A DNA stretch of 64,000 bases, taken from Polyangiaceae bacterium (GTDB taxonomy: Bacteria; Myxococcota_A; Polyangia; Polyangiales; Polyangiaceae). The position numbers were made by a program, and so were the translations under genes. Below, one piece after another: positions 1 to 9,577 of this stretch. The stretch spans positions 1 through 64,000 of the forward strand of contig CBDCTZ010000003.1 of the NCBI GenBank assembly GCA_965222375.1, read 5' to 3'. The first letter of the stretch is position 1; every line of letters starts with the position of its first letter. The notes under the pieces were generated by a model that saw nothing but the letters and a program-made list of their open reading frames with translations, was not told where the DNA came from and ran no database searches.

Positions 1-3000
1 GTCACCGTGGTTTCCATCGGCGGTCACGGCTTTGCGGTTCTGGAGCTGCGGAGCCCCGGCGTCGAAGTCTATCGCGAGAATGCGCGCTGCTCGCAGGGCA
101 CCGGGAACTTCTTGCGCCAGCTGGTGGAGCGTTTCGACTTGGACATCGAGCAAGCCAGTAGCTTGTGTGAGAGCATCTCGGATCCGTCGCCGCTCTCAGG
201 CCGCTGCCCGGTGATCCTGAAGACCGACATGACGCACCTCGCCAACAAGGGCGAGGATCGCGCGCGGATCCTGGCTGGGCTCTACGATGCGGTCACGGAA
301 AACGTCAAAGGCCTGCTCAAACCCGGCGTGAGTCCCAAGCGCGTGTTCTTGACCGGTGGCGTCAGCCGCTCACGGCGGGTGCGCGACAACTTTCGCGCGC
401 ACCTGGCCGCCCACGACATGGAGCTCTTCGAAGCGCCCGGCGACGATGCACTGTTCCTGGACGCCCTGGGCGCGGCGAACCTCTCCGTCGACAGCCCCCG
501 GGCAGTGCCTGCCTTGTCTCGATTGGTGTCCGCCGGTTCCGAAGCCCGATTCGACCACGTGCCCGCGCTGGCGAGCTACCTGGATCAGGTAAAGCGCCTG
601 GAAGCACCACCCCCTCTCGACCCTGGCGGCGACTATCGCGTCTTGCTCGGCTTCGACATTGGGTCGACGGGTTCGAAGTTGGTCGCCCTGGACGTCGAAA
701 CCCATGAACCAGTCTGGGAAGGCTATGGCCGCACCAACGGTGATCCCCTCGGCGCCGCTCGCGCATTGCTGCAGGACTTTGCCGATTCGGACGCGAGCCG
801 CCACCCAATCCTCGCTTTCGGTGTGACGGGCAGCGGCCGGGAGATCGTCGGCTCTCTGCTTTCGACTTGCTACGGCGCCACCCGCGTCTTCGTGCTCAAC
901 GAAATCGCCGCACACGCCGAAGGCGCACTGCATCACGACCCCCGGGTCGACACCATCTTCGAGATTGGCGGCCAAGACGCGAAATACATCCGCCTCGCCG
1001 AAGGGCGCGTGGTCGACGCAGCCATGAATGAAGCTTGCAGCGCCGGCACAGGCTCCTTCATCGAAGAACAAGGCCGCAAGTTCTCGGGCGTGCGCGATGT
1101 CGTCGAACTGGGAGAGAAAGCCCTGTCGGCGGATGGCGGCGTATCCCTGGGACAGCACTGCTCCGTGTTCATGGCGGAGGTCATCGACGATGCCGTCGGG
1201 GCAGGCGTGGAAAGCAGCACCGTGATCGCCGGGATCTACGATTCCATCGTCCAGAACTACCTGAACCGGGTAAAGGGCTGTCGTTCCGTAGGGCAGGTCG
1301 TTTTTTGCCAGGGCATGCCCTTCGCCGCGAGTGCGCTGGCAGCTGCAGTGGCCCGTCAAACCCAGAGTCAAGTGATCGTGCCGCCGAATCCTGGAACGGT
1401 AGGCGCCTTGGGCATCGCGCTTCTGACCCACAAGAATCTCGGCGAGTTGCCGGTCGAAGCTCTCGATCCGACTCGCTTCCTACAGGCGGAGATGACGCGC
1501 CGAGACGACTTCATCTGCAAGTCGAAGAAGGGTTGCGGAGGCGCGGGCAATCTGTGCCGCATCGATCGAATCCAAACCTTGGTAACCGACAAGAAGCAGT
1601 TGTTCACATGGGGCGGCGGCTGCTCCCTGTGGGACAAGGGCACCGGCAAGAAGAAGCTCCCAGATCTGACGCCGGATCCCTTTCGCGAGCGCGAAGCGGT
1701 CATCGCGGCAGTTGTAGAGCGAGTCACGCAACCGCGCGGGCGCAAGACCATCGCCATGACAGACGAGTTCCAGCTCAAAGAGCTGTTCCCGTTCTTCGCG
1801 ACGTTCTTGAGCGAGCTCGGTTTCGACGTGGTTTACGACAAGAGTCACGGCGGCAAGACCCTCAAGCGAGGCGCCGAACGGGCCAACGTTCCCTTCTGCG
1901 CCCCCATGCAGCTCTATCACGGTCTGGTGAGCGGCATGGCCGAGCAGTCCGTCGACGCATTGTTCGTTCCCATGCTGCGACAGATGCCGCGCAGCAAAGA
2001 TGAACGCAAAGCCATTGCTTGCCCCATCGTTCAGGCAAGCCCCGACATTCTGGACCTCGACCTGGGGCCCAATGCGCCCCAAATTATCTCGCCGGTGATC
2101 GACTTCAGCGACGGCAACCTCGACTCCAGTGACTTGCTGAAGTCCTGCCAACAGCTAGCCATCAGCCTCGGTTGTTTTGGCATGACCTGGTGGCGTGCCT
2201 ACAACGCCGCAAAGAAGGTTCAGGAGGACTTCTTTGCGCAGGCTCGCAAGATCGGCGAGCGCGCTCTGGAGTTCGCGAAGAATCACGACTTGGTCAGCGT
2301 GGTGGTGCTCGGTCGGCCGTACACGATCTACAACCAGGTGCTCAACTCCAATGTTCCGGTGCTGGTGCGCGAGCAAGGCGCCATTGCGATCCCGATCGAT
2401 TGCTATCCCGTTGACGACGAGGTTCCGACCTTCGACGGAGTGTACTGGGGTCACGGACAGCGCAACCTGCGCGCGGCTCATCAGATTCGGCGGAGCGAAG
2501 GACAGTACGCGATTTGGTGCAGCAACTACTCGTGTGGGCCGGACAGCATGAACCTGCACTTCTTCAGCTACGCCATGGCGGGCAAGCCCTACGCCGTCGT
2601 AGAGACCGACGGACACTCTGGCGACGCGGGGACGAAAACCCGTGTCGAAGCCTTCCTGCACTGCGTGAGCGAAGACCAATCCGACGCGTCCCCAGCCCCA
2701 CGGCCCGCCTCCCTATCCGACGTCTGCGCGCGTGGACACAGCCTCGAGGAAGTCCGACGCCGTGGTGAGAAGGTGCTGTTCCCCCGCATGGGCGAAGGTG
2801 CGGAAACCGTAGCCGCATGCCTGCGAGGAACGGGCACTCCCGCGGAAGTCTTGCCCATGCCGGATCGGGATTCGCTGCGTCTGGGTCGCCGCTACAGCTC
2901 CGGCAAGGAATGCGTACCGATGAGCGTGACCCTGGGCAGCTTGCTCACGCGCCTAGGTGAAGCGAAACCCGACGAGCGCTTCGCCTTCTTCATGCCAACC

Positions 3001-4041
3001 GCCGACGGCCCGTGCCGGTTCGGAACCTACAACATCGTGCATCGCATCGTGCTCGAGCGGCTCAACTATGGCGACCAGGTCAAGATCTGGTCCCCGGTCG
3101 ACAGCGACTACTTCGCCGACTTGCCGAGTGGTTTTGCAGCTCTGGTGGTGACCGGGTTCGCCGCCTACGACGCCCTGCAGGCGGCGCTCTACGACGTCCG
3201 ACCCGTGGAAAGTACGCCTGGCGCCACGCAGGCAATCTTCGACCGCTACGTACGCGAGCTTCTGGCGACCCTGGAGCGGGCGGGAGGATCGGATCTGAGT
3301 ATGCCGAACGCGCTACTTCAGGTTGCCAACGGGCGCATGTTCGGTTGCGGACCACTGCTCGAGCGCGCGGCGCGCGAGTTCACGGCGGTGAAGACGGCAA
3401 AGATTGTCCCGACCGTCGTGATGGTCGGGGAAATCTACGTCCGGCTCGATCCCTTCACCAACGACTTCTTGGTCGACCGCTTGGAGGAGCGGGGCGTCCG
3501 CTGCCGATTCGCGCCCTTCAGCGAATGGCTCGAGTACACGGACCATGTGAGTCGAGTCAGAGGCGTGCGGAGCTACTTTGGTTCGCGCCTGAGCACGCTA
3601 GTCCAGCGTCGGATTCAAAACCTGAGCTATGCGCTGATGGCCAAGCCGCTAGCGTGGCCACCGCGCACGACGGTGCAAGATGCCATCAAGGCTGCCAAAG
3701 GCTACGTTCGCGAAGATCTCTGCGGCGAGGCCATTCTGACTCTGGGCGGCCCGGTGCACGAATGGCGCGAAGGCGTGATCGACGGCGTGGTCAGCGTCGG
3801 CCCCCACGAGTGCATGCCAAACAAGATCGCGGAGACCCAGTTCTTCCATGCGGCGGAGCGGGAGGGTCTCGCGTCGCTGACCTTGTCGGTCAACGGCGAG
3901 CCCGTCGACGCAGAGCTCTTGGATAGTTTCGCCTTCGAGGTCAAAGCGAAGTTCGACGCCAAGCATGCGCACGTTGCCGCACCCGCACCTCGCGGTAGGC
4001 GCAACCAGGCTGAGCCGGCGTTCGTCGAGCCCGGTGAGTAG
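1..4041 (+). CDS. Fused CoA-activase/reductase (2x BadF/BadG/BcrA/BcrD ATPase + DUF2229/HGD-type Fe-S domains), PlsA-PlsR/Ger-like; 5'-truncated
   Basis: Frame is open from base 1. Two activase domains (NARCSQGTG..SGRCPV; GFDIGSTGSK..EIGGQDAK..MNEACSAGTGSF..GQHCSVF), then Cys motifs FCAP, ACPIV, SCGPDS, DGHSGDAGTKTRVEAF, KECVP, GPCRFG, ECMPN. Confidence 0.85.
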   Translation, partial: VTVVSIGGHGFAVLELRSPGVEVYRENARCSQGTGNFLRQLVERFDLDIEQASSLCESISDPSPLSGRCPVILKTDMTHLANKGEDRARILAGLYDAVTENVKGLLKPGVSPKRVFLTGGVSRSRRVRDNFRAHLAAHDMELFEAPGDDALFLDALGAANLSVDSPRAVPALSRLVSAGSEARFDHVPALASYLDQVKRLEAPPPLDPGGDYRVLLGFDIGSTGSKLVALDVETHEPVWEGYGRTNGDPLGAARALLQDFADSDASRHPILAFGVTGSGREIVGSLLSTCYGATRVFVLNEIAAHAEGALHHDPRVDTIFEIGGQDAKYIRLAEGRVVDAAMNEACSAGTGSFIEEQGRKFSGVRDVVELGEKALSADGGVSLGQHCSVFMAEVIDDAVGAGVESSTVIAGIYDSIVQNYLNRVKGCRSVGQVVFCQGMPFAASALAAAVARQTQSQVIVPPNPGTVGALGIALLTHKNLGELPVEALDPTRFLQAEMTRRDDFICKSKKGCGGAGNLCRIDRIQTLVTDKKQLFTWGGGCSLWDKGTGKKKLPDLTPDPFREREAVIAAVVERVTQPRGRKTIAMTDEFQLKELFPFFATFLSELGFDVVYDKSHGGKTLKRGAERANVPFCAPMQLYHGLVSGMAEQSVDALFVPMLRQMPRSKDERKAIACPIVQASPDILDLDLGPNAPQIISPVIDFSDGNLDSSDLLKSCQQLAISLGCFGMTWWRAYNAAKKVQEDFFAQARKIGERALEFAKNHDLVSVVVLGRPYTIYNQVLNSNVPVLVREQGAIAIPIDCYPVDDEVPTFDGVYWGHGQRNLRAAHQIRRSEGQYAIWCSNYSCGPDSMNLHFFSYAMAGKPYAVVETDGHSGDAGTKTRVEAFLHCVSEDQSDASPAPRPASLSDVCARGHSLEEVRRRGEKVLFPRMGEGAETVAACLRGTGTPAEVLPMPDRDSLRLGRRYSSGKECVPMSVTLGSLLTRLGEAKPDERFAFFMPTADGPCRFGTYNIVHRIVLERLNYGDQVKIWSPVDSDYFADLPSGFAALVVTGFAAYDALQAALYDVRPVESTPGATQAIFDRYVRELLATLERAGGSDLSMPNALLQVANGRMFGCGPLLERAAREFTAVKTAKIVPTVVMVGEIYVRLDPFTNDFLVDRLEERGVRCRFAPFSEWLEYTDHVSRVRGVRSYFGSRLSTLVQRRIQNLSYALMAKPLAWPPRTTVQDAIKAAKGYVREDLCGEAILTLGGPVHEWREGVIDGVVSVGPHECMPNKIAETQFFHAAEREGLASLTLSVNGEPVDAELLDSFAFEVKAKFDAKHAHVAAPAPRGRRNQAEPAFVEPGE

Positions 4042-4059
4042 GGCGCGAGTCCTCCAATC

Positions 4060-4098
4060 CGCGCGTCGGTCGGGTGCTGGAATAGCGACCGGCGCGCG
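4060..4098 (+). terminator. GC-rich hairpin after the activase gene
   Basis: CGCGCGTCGGTCG / CGACCGGCGCGCG 13-bp stem with one G-U pair; weak U tract. Confidence 0.4.
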
Positions 4099-4275
4099 CC
4101 TGTCTTCAGACCAAAGCGGTCCAAGTCGCGCGTAGCGGATCCGGGCTGTCGCCAGCGTCACTTTTGCCCGGATCTGTGCCACCTGCCGCATTTGCGCCAC
4201 ATCTGTAACTACACGTAACCGTTTCACATTTAGCCACTGACCCCCTCGGCACGCATCCTGCTCTTTCAGCGCGGT

Positions 4276-5376
4276 ATGGCACTGTGCCGACCCTTCGCCC
4301 TTGCTGGATCGCTGGTGGCAGCGCTGCTGGCCACGCCTGCCGCAGCCGAGCCCGAGGTCCGCGTGAACCTAGACTGGCACGCGCCGCAAGGGTGTCCGAC
4401 TCGCGCCGAGGTGCTCAACGAAACCGCGCGCCTATTGGGTCAGGGGGAAGCGGCCAAGCCCTTGCACGCGCGCGGCGTCGTGGTGCGACAGAGCGACGGG
4501 TATGTTCTGCAGCTCGCCACGCAGCTGGACGATAGCCAAGGGTTCCGTCGCTTGCAGGCTACCCACTGCGCGGAGCTGACCCAGCCGGCAGCTCTAGTGC
4601 TGGCGCTCTCCATCGATCCGAACGTCCTGACCCGGCAGAGCCAGTCGGCTCCGCCGGGGCAAGCGGCGCCCCCGGTCACTTCCGCCGTTGGCTCGCTTCC
4701 GCCGACGGAGCCGACTGCGGAGCCGTTACCCCCTCCTCCATCTGCAGCGCCACCCCCTGCGCCCAAGGCACCCGATCCCGCCCGCACCCTTTCGCCATCG
4801 AACCCCGCTGCTCGCGACACGCGACTCGACTCTCGACGCGCGCGACAACCGCACCGGAGCCGCACCAACTCGCCCTTGCACGCGCGAGCCGGGGCGGGCG
4901 GCGCGCTCGATGCGGGCACGCTGCCCGCGGTCGCCCTGGGAGGAACTCTCGTGCTCGCGGGTGGCTATGACCGTTTGGAGCTCGAGGCTCGGGGCGCGCT
5001 CTTCGCGACTCAGACCAAGGCCGTCGGCGCTTCGGCCGCCGGTGATCTCAGTGTGACCAGCGGGGCGCTCTCCATATGCTATCGCGCTCTGGATATCGCA
5101 CAGCTGTCCGCCTGCGCCGGTAGCGAAGCGGGGCGACTATCCGGCAAAGGCGTCGGGATATCCGATCCGGGCAGCGGCGCCGTGTGGCTCTGGACCGGGC
5201 TGGTCGGCGCACGGGCGTCGCAGGACATTGGCGAGGGGCTGGCCCTGTGGCTGCGGGTCGACGCCGCCATCGCCGTGAATCGGCCGCGGTTCGTGCTGGA
5301 AAATGTCGGCGCGGTTCATCAGCGCTCCCGGGTTGGGGGCCGAGGTGCCCTTGGGGCCGAGGTGCGCTTTCCATGA
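4276..5376 (+). CDS. Secreted/outer-membrane protein (signal peptide, Pro-rich linker, C-terminal beta-barrel-like region) in ECF sigma operon
   Basis: Signal peptide ending PAAA-E, Pro-rich linker, alternating beta strands ending EVRFP; ATGA overlap with the sigma gene. Confidence 0.7.
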   Translation: MALCRPFALAGSLVAALLATPAAAEPEVRVNLDWHAPQGCPTRAEVLNETARLLGQGEAAKPLHARGVVVRQSDGYVLQLATQLDDSQGFRRLQATHCAELTQPAALVLALSIDPNVLTRQSQSAPPGQAAPPVTSAVGSLPPTEPTAEPLPPPPSAAPPPAPKAPDPARTLSPSNPAARDTRLDSRRARQPHRSRTNSPLHARAGAGGALDAGTLPAVALGGTLVLAGGYDRLELEARGALFATQTKAVGASAAGDLSVTSGALSICYRALDIAQLSACAGSEAGRLSGKGVGISDPGSGAVWLWTGLVGARASQDIGEGLALWLRVDAAIAVNRPRFVLENVGAVHQRSRVGGRGALGAEVRFP

Positions 5377-6008
5377 CGGATCGCGCTTTGGGCGGACACT
5401 CAGGGGGGATGCTGGCTGCTTTCCTCGACACCGCACCCACGGGTTTGTCGGGGTTTGTCCGCGCCGAGCCGCAACCTAGCAGCGTCCAAGCCGCTGAGCC
5501 GTTGGGCTTCGAGACGGTCTACGAGCAGCATTTCGACTTCGTGTGGCGCAGCCTTCGCCGGCTGGGGGTTCGCGAAGCTTGTCTCGATGACGCCGCCCAA
5601 GATGTGTTCGTGGTGGTGCATCGCAAGTTAGACAGCTTCGAGGGTCGCTCCTCGCTGAAGACCTGGCTGTTCGGGATCGCTTTGCGTGTCGCCCGCAACT
5701 ACCACCGCACCGCCCAGCGGCGAGATGCGGAGGCGCTGCCGGAAACCGTGGCGGATGCGTCCGCGCCGGGTCCCCATGAGGCAACCGCACAAGCCGAGGC
5801 CGTGCGCTTACTGCACAGCTTGCTGGACACGCTTTGTGACGACCGTCGCGCGGTCTTCGTCATGATGGAGCTCGAGCAGATGAGCGCACCCGAAGTCGCG
5901 GAGGCCTTGAGCGTGAACCTGAATACGGTCTATTCGCGACTACGCAAGGCACGAGTGGATTTCGAGGCGGCGCTGACGCGCCATCGCGCACGGAGCGAAA
6001 GGCCATGA
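5373..6008 (+). CDS. ECF RNA polymerase sigma-70 factor
   Basis: Region 2 (DDAAQDVFVVV..SSLKTWLFGIA) and region 4 (EVAEALSVNLNTVYSRLRKAR); start set at the ATG overlapping the upstream stop. Confidence 0.93.
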   Translation: MTDRALGGHSGGMLAAFLDTAPTGLSGFVRAEPQPSSVQAAEPLGFETVYEQHFDFVWRSLRRLGVREACLDDAAQDVFVVVHRKLDSFEGRSSLKTWLFGIALRVARNYHRTAQRRDAEALPETVADASAPGPHEATAQAEAVRLLHSLLDTLCDDRRAVFVMMELEQMSAPEVAEALSVNLNTVYSRLRKARVDFEAALTRHRARSERP

Positions 6009-6949
6009 AGGAACTGGGACCTGACGCACGGGCGTTGATCGACCTGGCCGCTGAGAGCGACGGACCGAGTGCCAAAGATCGCGCTCGAGTGCGCCGAGCG
6101 GTGATGGCTGCCGTGGGCGGTGGCGCGGGGCTCGGAAGCCTGGCGGCTGCGGGCAGTGCCGGTGCGGCGGCGGCGAAAGTGACCGCTGGGGTCGGAAGCG
6201 CGGCTGGTGCTGGTGCAGCGGGGGCCGGCGCGGCGGTGACTGCATCGGCGGGCGGACTACTGGCCAGCGGCGCGTTGAAGATCTCGGGTTGGCTACTGTT
6301 GGGTAGCGCCCTCGGAGTCGCCGTGGCAGTGCCGGCGATTCAAGCAACAGGCGACGCGGATCTGCCGGCGGTCACGGCGACGGCAGCAACACCGGGCGCC
6401 CGCGGCGCGACCGCTCCGCAGACGGCTGCGAAGACCGCGCCAGAAGCAAACAGGGCACAAGGCGAGAGCGCAGGGAGTGCCTCAGAGCCCAAGACCCAAA
6501 CCCCCAGCCAGAACTCGGTCGCCGAGAGCTCGCCAGCCACAGCGAACACGCATTGGAGTAGCTCCGTACCAACAGCCAAGCTGCAGCCTCGTGGTGGGGC
6601 GGCGCCGGCGGCCCTCGGTCCCCAAAAGACGACGGCCACGCCACGCAAGGCCCACGCGGCCGCGGCACCGAAGCGCCCAGCCAACTCGCTGTCAGATGAA
6701 AGCGCGCTGCTCTTGGAAGCGCAACGCAAGCTGTCCTCGGGGGATCCGCAGCAAGCACTATCCGCTCTGGACCAACACGAACGGCGTTACCCAGCGGGCG
6801 CGCTTTCACAAGAGCGGGACGCCGCCCGCGTGCTGGCGCTATGCGCCGCAGGTAAAGTGGACCAGGCCCACCCGCTCGCCGCGCAGTTCCTGACTCAACA
6901 CCCCAACTCACCCCTTGCCCGCCGGGTTCGGAGCGCGTGCGCCGAGTAG
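6005..6949 (+). CDS. Putative membrane-anchored anti-sigma factor with C-terminal TPR-like domain
   Basis: ATGA overlap with the sigma gene; Ala/Gly-rich N-terminus, one TM helix, Pro/Ala linker, helical C-terminus (LSDESALL..YPAGALSQER..HPNSP). Confidence 0.7.
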   Translation: MKELGPDARALIDLAAESDGPSAKDRARVRRAVMAAVGGGAGLGSLAAAGSAGAAAAKVTAGVGSAAGAGAAGAGAAVTASAGGLLASGALKISGWLLLGSALGVAVAVPAIQATGDADLPAVTATAATPGARGATAPQTAAKTAPEANRAQGESAGSASEPKTQTPSQNSVAESSPATANTHWSSSVPTAKLQPRGGAAPAALGPQKTTATPRKAHAAAAPKRPANSLSDESALLLEAQRKLSSGDPQQALSALDQHERRYPAGALSQERDAARVLALCAAGKVDQAHPLAAQFLTQHPNSPLARRVRSACAE

Positions 6950-7031
6950 GAGCCGTGTCGTTTTTCGAGACGGATCCAGCGAAAGCCGGCCACTCATCAG
7001 GACAGATGGCTTTCACCGGATGGGATAGGAC

Positions 7032-7877
7032 ATGACCTTCAACAAGCTCCTTCAACGCTCGTTCTTCTTCGGACTCTTGGTCTCTTCACCCATCCTAGTG
7101 GGCGCGGAGGGCGGCTGCGCCTCGGACGACGACGTGCCCATCGGCGCCCACGATAGCGGTAGCGGGGTCCAATGTGGTCCCAAGACCTGCGCTTCGGGTC
7201 AGGTCTGTTGCAACGACAGCTGCGGGATTTGCACTGAGCCTGGCGGCGCCTGCATCCAAATCGCCTGCGCATCCGATGGCGGGACCGGTGATAGCGGCAG
7301 TGGACAGCAGTGTGGCAAGAACACCTGTGGCGCAGGTGAGTACTGCTGCAACGAAAGCTGCGGCACCTGCGCCAAGGAAGGCGAAGGCTGCGCCACCATC
7401 GCCTGCCTCGAACCCTGTGACGCCCAGGACGCCGTCGGCGAAGGCGCCTGTAAGAAACTCATGGGCTGGTCCTGGAACGGCAAGACTTGCGACGCCCTCG
7501 GCGGCTGCGATTGCAAGGGCGCGGATTGTGGCTCCCTGTACCCAAGCCAAGCCGCCTGCGACAGTGCCCACTCCCATTGCCCCGGCCAGACCGGCCCAAA
7601 GTGCGGCTCTGTGACCTGCGACGTGGGTCAGGAGTGCTGCAACGAGAGCTGTGGGATCTGCACGGAACCCGGAGGTGCGTGCATCCAGATCGCGTGCGAG
7701 CCCGCGTGCAAGGCGCAGGACGCCAAGGGCGAGGGCCCATGCTTCGCCTACTTCGGCGTGGTGTGGAATGGGAAGAGCTGCGAGGCTATCGGCGGCTGCA
7801 GTTGCGTCGGCAAGGACTGCGGTAACCTGTACGAGTCCGTCGAGGCCTGCAACAAGGCCCACGCCAACTGCCCCTAG
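7032..7877 (+). CDS. Cys-rich secreted (lipo)protein with repeat architecture A-A-B-A-B; B modules Kunitz/BPTI-like
   Basis: SD AGGA; signal ending GGC; three CG..TC..G..CCN.SCG.C modules and two GEG.C..W..C..GGC.C..C..LY.S..AC..AH..C modules. Confidence 0.8.
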   Translation: MTFNKLLQRSFFFGLLVSSPILVGAEGGCASDDDVPIGAHDSGSGVQCGPKTCASGQVCCNDSCGICTEPGGACIQIACASDGGTGDSGSGQQCGKNTCGAGEYCCNESCGTCAKEGEGCATIACLEPCDAQDAVGEGACKKLMGWSWNGKTCDALGGCDCKGADCGSLYPSQAACDSAHSHCPGQTGPKCGSVTCDVGQECCNESCGICTEPGGACIQIACEPACKAQDAKGEGPCFAYFGVVWNGKSCEAIGGCSCVGKDCGNLYESVEACNKAHANCP

Positions 7878-7891
7878 AGCGCCGACCAGAA

Positions 7892-7937
7892 AAACAGCGG
7901 AGCCGGCAAGCTAGCACGCGCCGGCTCCGGGCTGTTT
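7892..7937. terminator. Bidirectional intrinsic terminator between convergent genes
   Basis: AAACAGC-GGAGCCGGC...GCCGGCTCC-GG-GCTGTTT inverted repeat with A/T flanks. Confidence 0.7.
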
Positions 7938-7988
7938 GTCGTGACAGGTCGCCTGGCACAGCGTGGCCTGCCGTGCTGAATGGCGCGC

Positions 7989-8420
7989 TCAGGAGCCCTG
8001 CATGCTCTGGTTTGGTGGCAGAGTCTTGCCAGCGACCGCCTGCGCCAAGCGTTCGAGGTTGTATTGCCAGCCCTCGGCGATTGTCGTGATGTTGACGAGG
8101 CTGGAATGTCGCAGCCGAAGTCGCGTGCCTCCCCGTTCTTCGTATAGGGTGATTTCGACAAGGGTGCGGCGCAGCTCCGGGCTCGTCTCGTCGATGGCGT
8201 CGAGTTCGAAGACGACGCGACTGGGTGGTATGAGCTGCGAGTAGCGCCCTGTAACCGTCGCGCGCTCGCTGTAGCCAAACTCGATCCTTCCGCCGGGGCG
8301 AGGCTCGACCTGCACTTCATCCGCGATCCACTTTGCGAGCAGTTCACTCTGGGTCAGGAAGTCGAAAACGATTTCGCGCCCCGCATCGATCCAAATCTCC
8401 TTTTCTACTTCCAACGTCAC
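7989..8420 (-). CDS. SRPBCC/AHSA1-domain protein
   Basis: IWIDAGREIVFDFLT..LAKW..EPRPGG..GGTRLRLRHS..EGWQYNLERL pattern; overlaps the ArsR gene stop. Confidence 0.85.
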   Translation of the reverse strand: MTLEVEKEIWIDAGREIVFDFLTQSELLAKWIADEVQVEPRPGGRIEFGYSERATVTGRYSQLIPPSRVVFELDAIDETSPELRRTLVEITLYEERGGTRLRLRHSSLVNITTIAEGWQYNLERLAQAVAGKTLPPNQSMQGS

Positions 8421-8782
8421 CGAGACCTCCTGTCTTTGGTAGCCTGGGCCTCGGCTGCGCGCTTGAGCTTCGTGAGAGGCTCATCCCAGAATGCGTCGAG
8501 GGTCCGGCGCAGCACTTCCATGCGATCGATCCGAGTTCGATAGAAGCGGTGCGTCCCCGACCTGCGCACCCCAATCAGACCAGCCTCACGCAGCACGCTG
8601 AGGTGGTGCGAGATGGCAGGCCGGGTCAGCTTGAAACGCGATGCGATGTCGCTAGCCGAGCGCTCCTGGTGCCAGGCGATGCGAATGATCCGCCGGCGCA
8701 CCGGATGAGAAAGCGCGTTGAGCCCGCGGTCCGTCCCCTCACTGTTCACCATCGCCGGGAAAACTAGGTGGCTCGTCACCAT
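8417..8782 (-). CDS. ArsR/SmtB family transcriptional regulator
   Basis: ALSHPVRRRII..TRPAISHHLSVLREAGLI..GTHRFY winged-helix motif. Confidence 0.9.
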   Translation of the reverse strand: MVTSHLVFPAMVNSEGTDRGLNALSHPVRRRIIRIAWHQERSASDIASRFKLTRPAISHHLSVLREAGLIGVRRSGTHRFYRTRIDRMEVLRRTLDAFWDEPLTKLKRAAEAQATKDRRSR

Positions 8783-8820
8783 ATGTAAAGATTCTTTTAA
8801 TTAAACAGATCTTTACGTAT
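8781..8820. promoter_or_regulatory. 40-bp AT-rich imperfect palindrome, probable ArsR operator/divergent promoter
   Basis: ATATGTAAAGAT-tct-TTTAATTAAA-cag-ATCTTTACGTAT; 16 of 20 symmetric positions pair; lies between the divergent arsR and GST genes. Confidence 0.75.
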
Positions 8821-8872
8821 AGATCTGGATATTCGCCCGGCGCAAAGCTGCGGGCACGACTGGGAGGTCGGG

Positions 8873-9526
8873 ATGACGTCAGTTCTCTATTTCAATCCAT
8901 ACTCACAACACAGCCGGAAGGTGCTGGTACTCGCCGAGGAGCTCGACATCGACCTCGAACGCAAGTCCATCGAAGTCCGCCCGCGTGGATATGGCGGCGA
9001 GACCGCCAAACCCGAATTCCTTGCCATCAATCCGAATGGCAAGGTGCCGGTGCTGAAGGAGGGCGACTTCATTTTGTGGGAGTCCAATGCCATCGCCTGG
9101 TACTTGGCAGAGAAGCAAGGCTGGTCCGAGCTGTGGCCTCAGGACCTACGAGAACGCGCGGAGATTGCGAAATGGCAACTATGGCAAGTGGCACATCTCT
9201 CACCCACTCTCGATGGGTTGCTCTGGGAGAGCATGAAGAAGATGGTCGGCGCGGGAGAGCCTGATGAGCAGCAGCGCAAGCGCCACCTAGAGGGATTGGG
9301 CCGCTGGGGGGAAGTGCTCTCCATCAACCTCGCCGAGCGAGACTATCTTGCATGCGGTCGGTTCACGCTCGCCGACATCGCAGTGAGTTCCGCAGCGATG
9401 CACGACAAGCTGGCCGGCTTTTCCTTCCGCGACTTCCCCGCGGTGCAACGCTGGCTGGATCGCGTGCAAGCACGTGCATCTTGGGAGGCAACGAATCCGC
9501 CACCCATGGGCGCAGCTCAGAGCTGA
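8873..9526 (+). CDS. Glutathione S-transferase family protein
   Basis: PEFLAINPNGKVPVL, WESNAIAWYL, FTLADIA motifs; SD GGAGG. Confidence 0.93.
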   Translation: MTSVLYFNPYSQHSRKVLVLAEELDIDLERKSIEVRPRGYGGETAKPEFLAINPNGKVPVLKEGDFILWESNAIAWYLAEKQGWSELWPQDLRERAEIAKWQLWQVAHLSPTLDGLLWESMKKMVGAGEPDEQQRKRHLEGLGRWGEVLSINLAERDYLACGRFTLADIAVSSAAMHDKLAGFSFRDFPAVQRWLDRVQARASWEATNPPPMGAAQS

Positions 9527-9536
9527 TCCGGCGCGC

Positions 9537-9559
9537 CCGGCGCGCCGAAGGCGCGCCGG
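9537..9559. terminator. GC hairpin between convergent genes
   Basis: CCGGCGCGCC-GAA-GGCGCGCCGG perfect 10-bp stem. Confidence 0.55.
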
Positions 9560-9577
9560 AGTCGGCCATTTTCGCCG

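Noticed and set aside
4200..4232. CRP/LacI-like site (GTAACCGTTTCAC) upstream of the ECF operon
   Set aside because: Poor dyad symmetry and no cognate regulator nearby.
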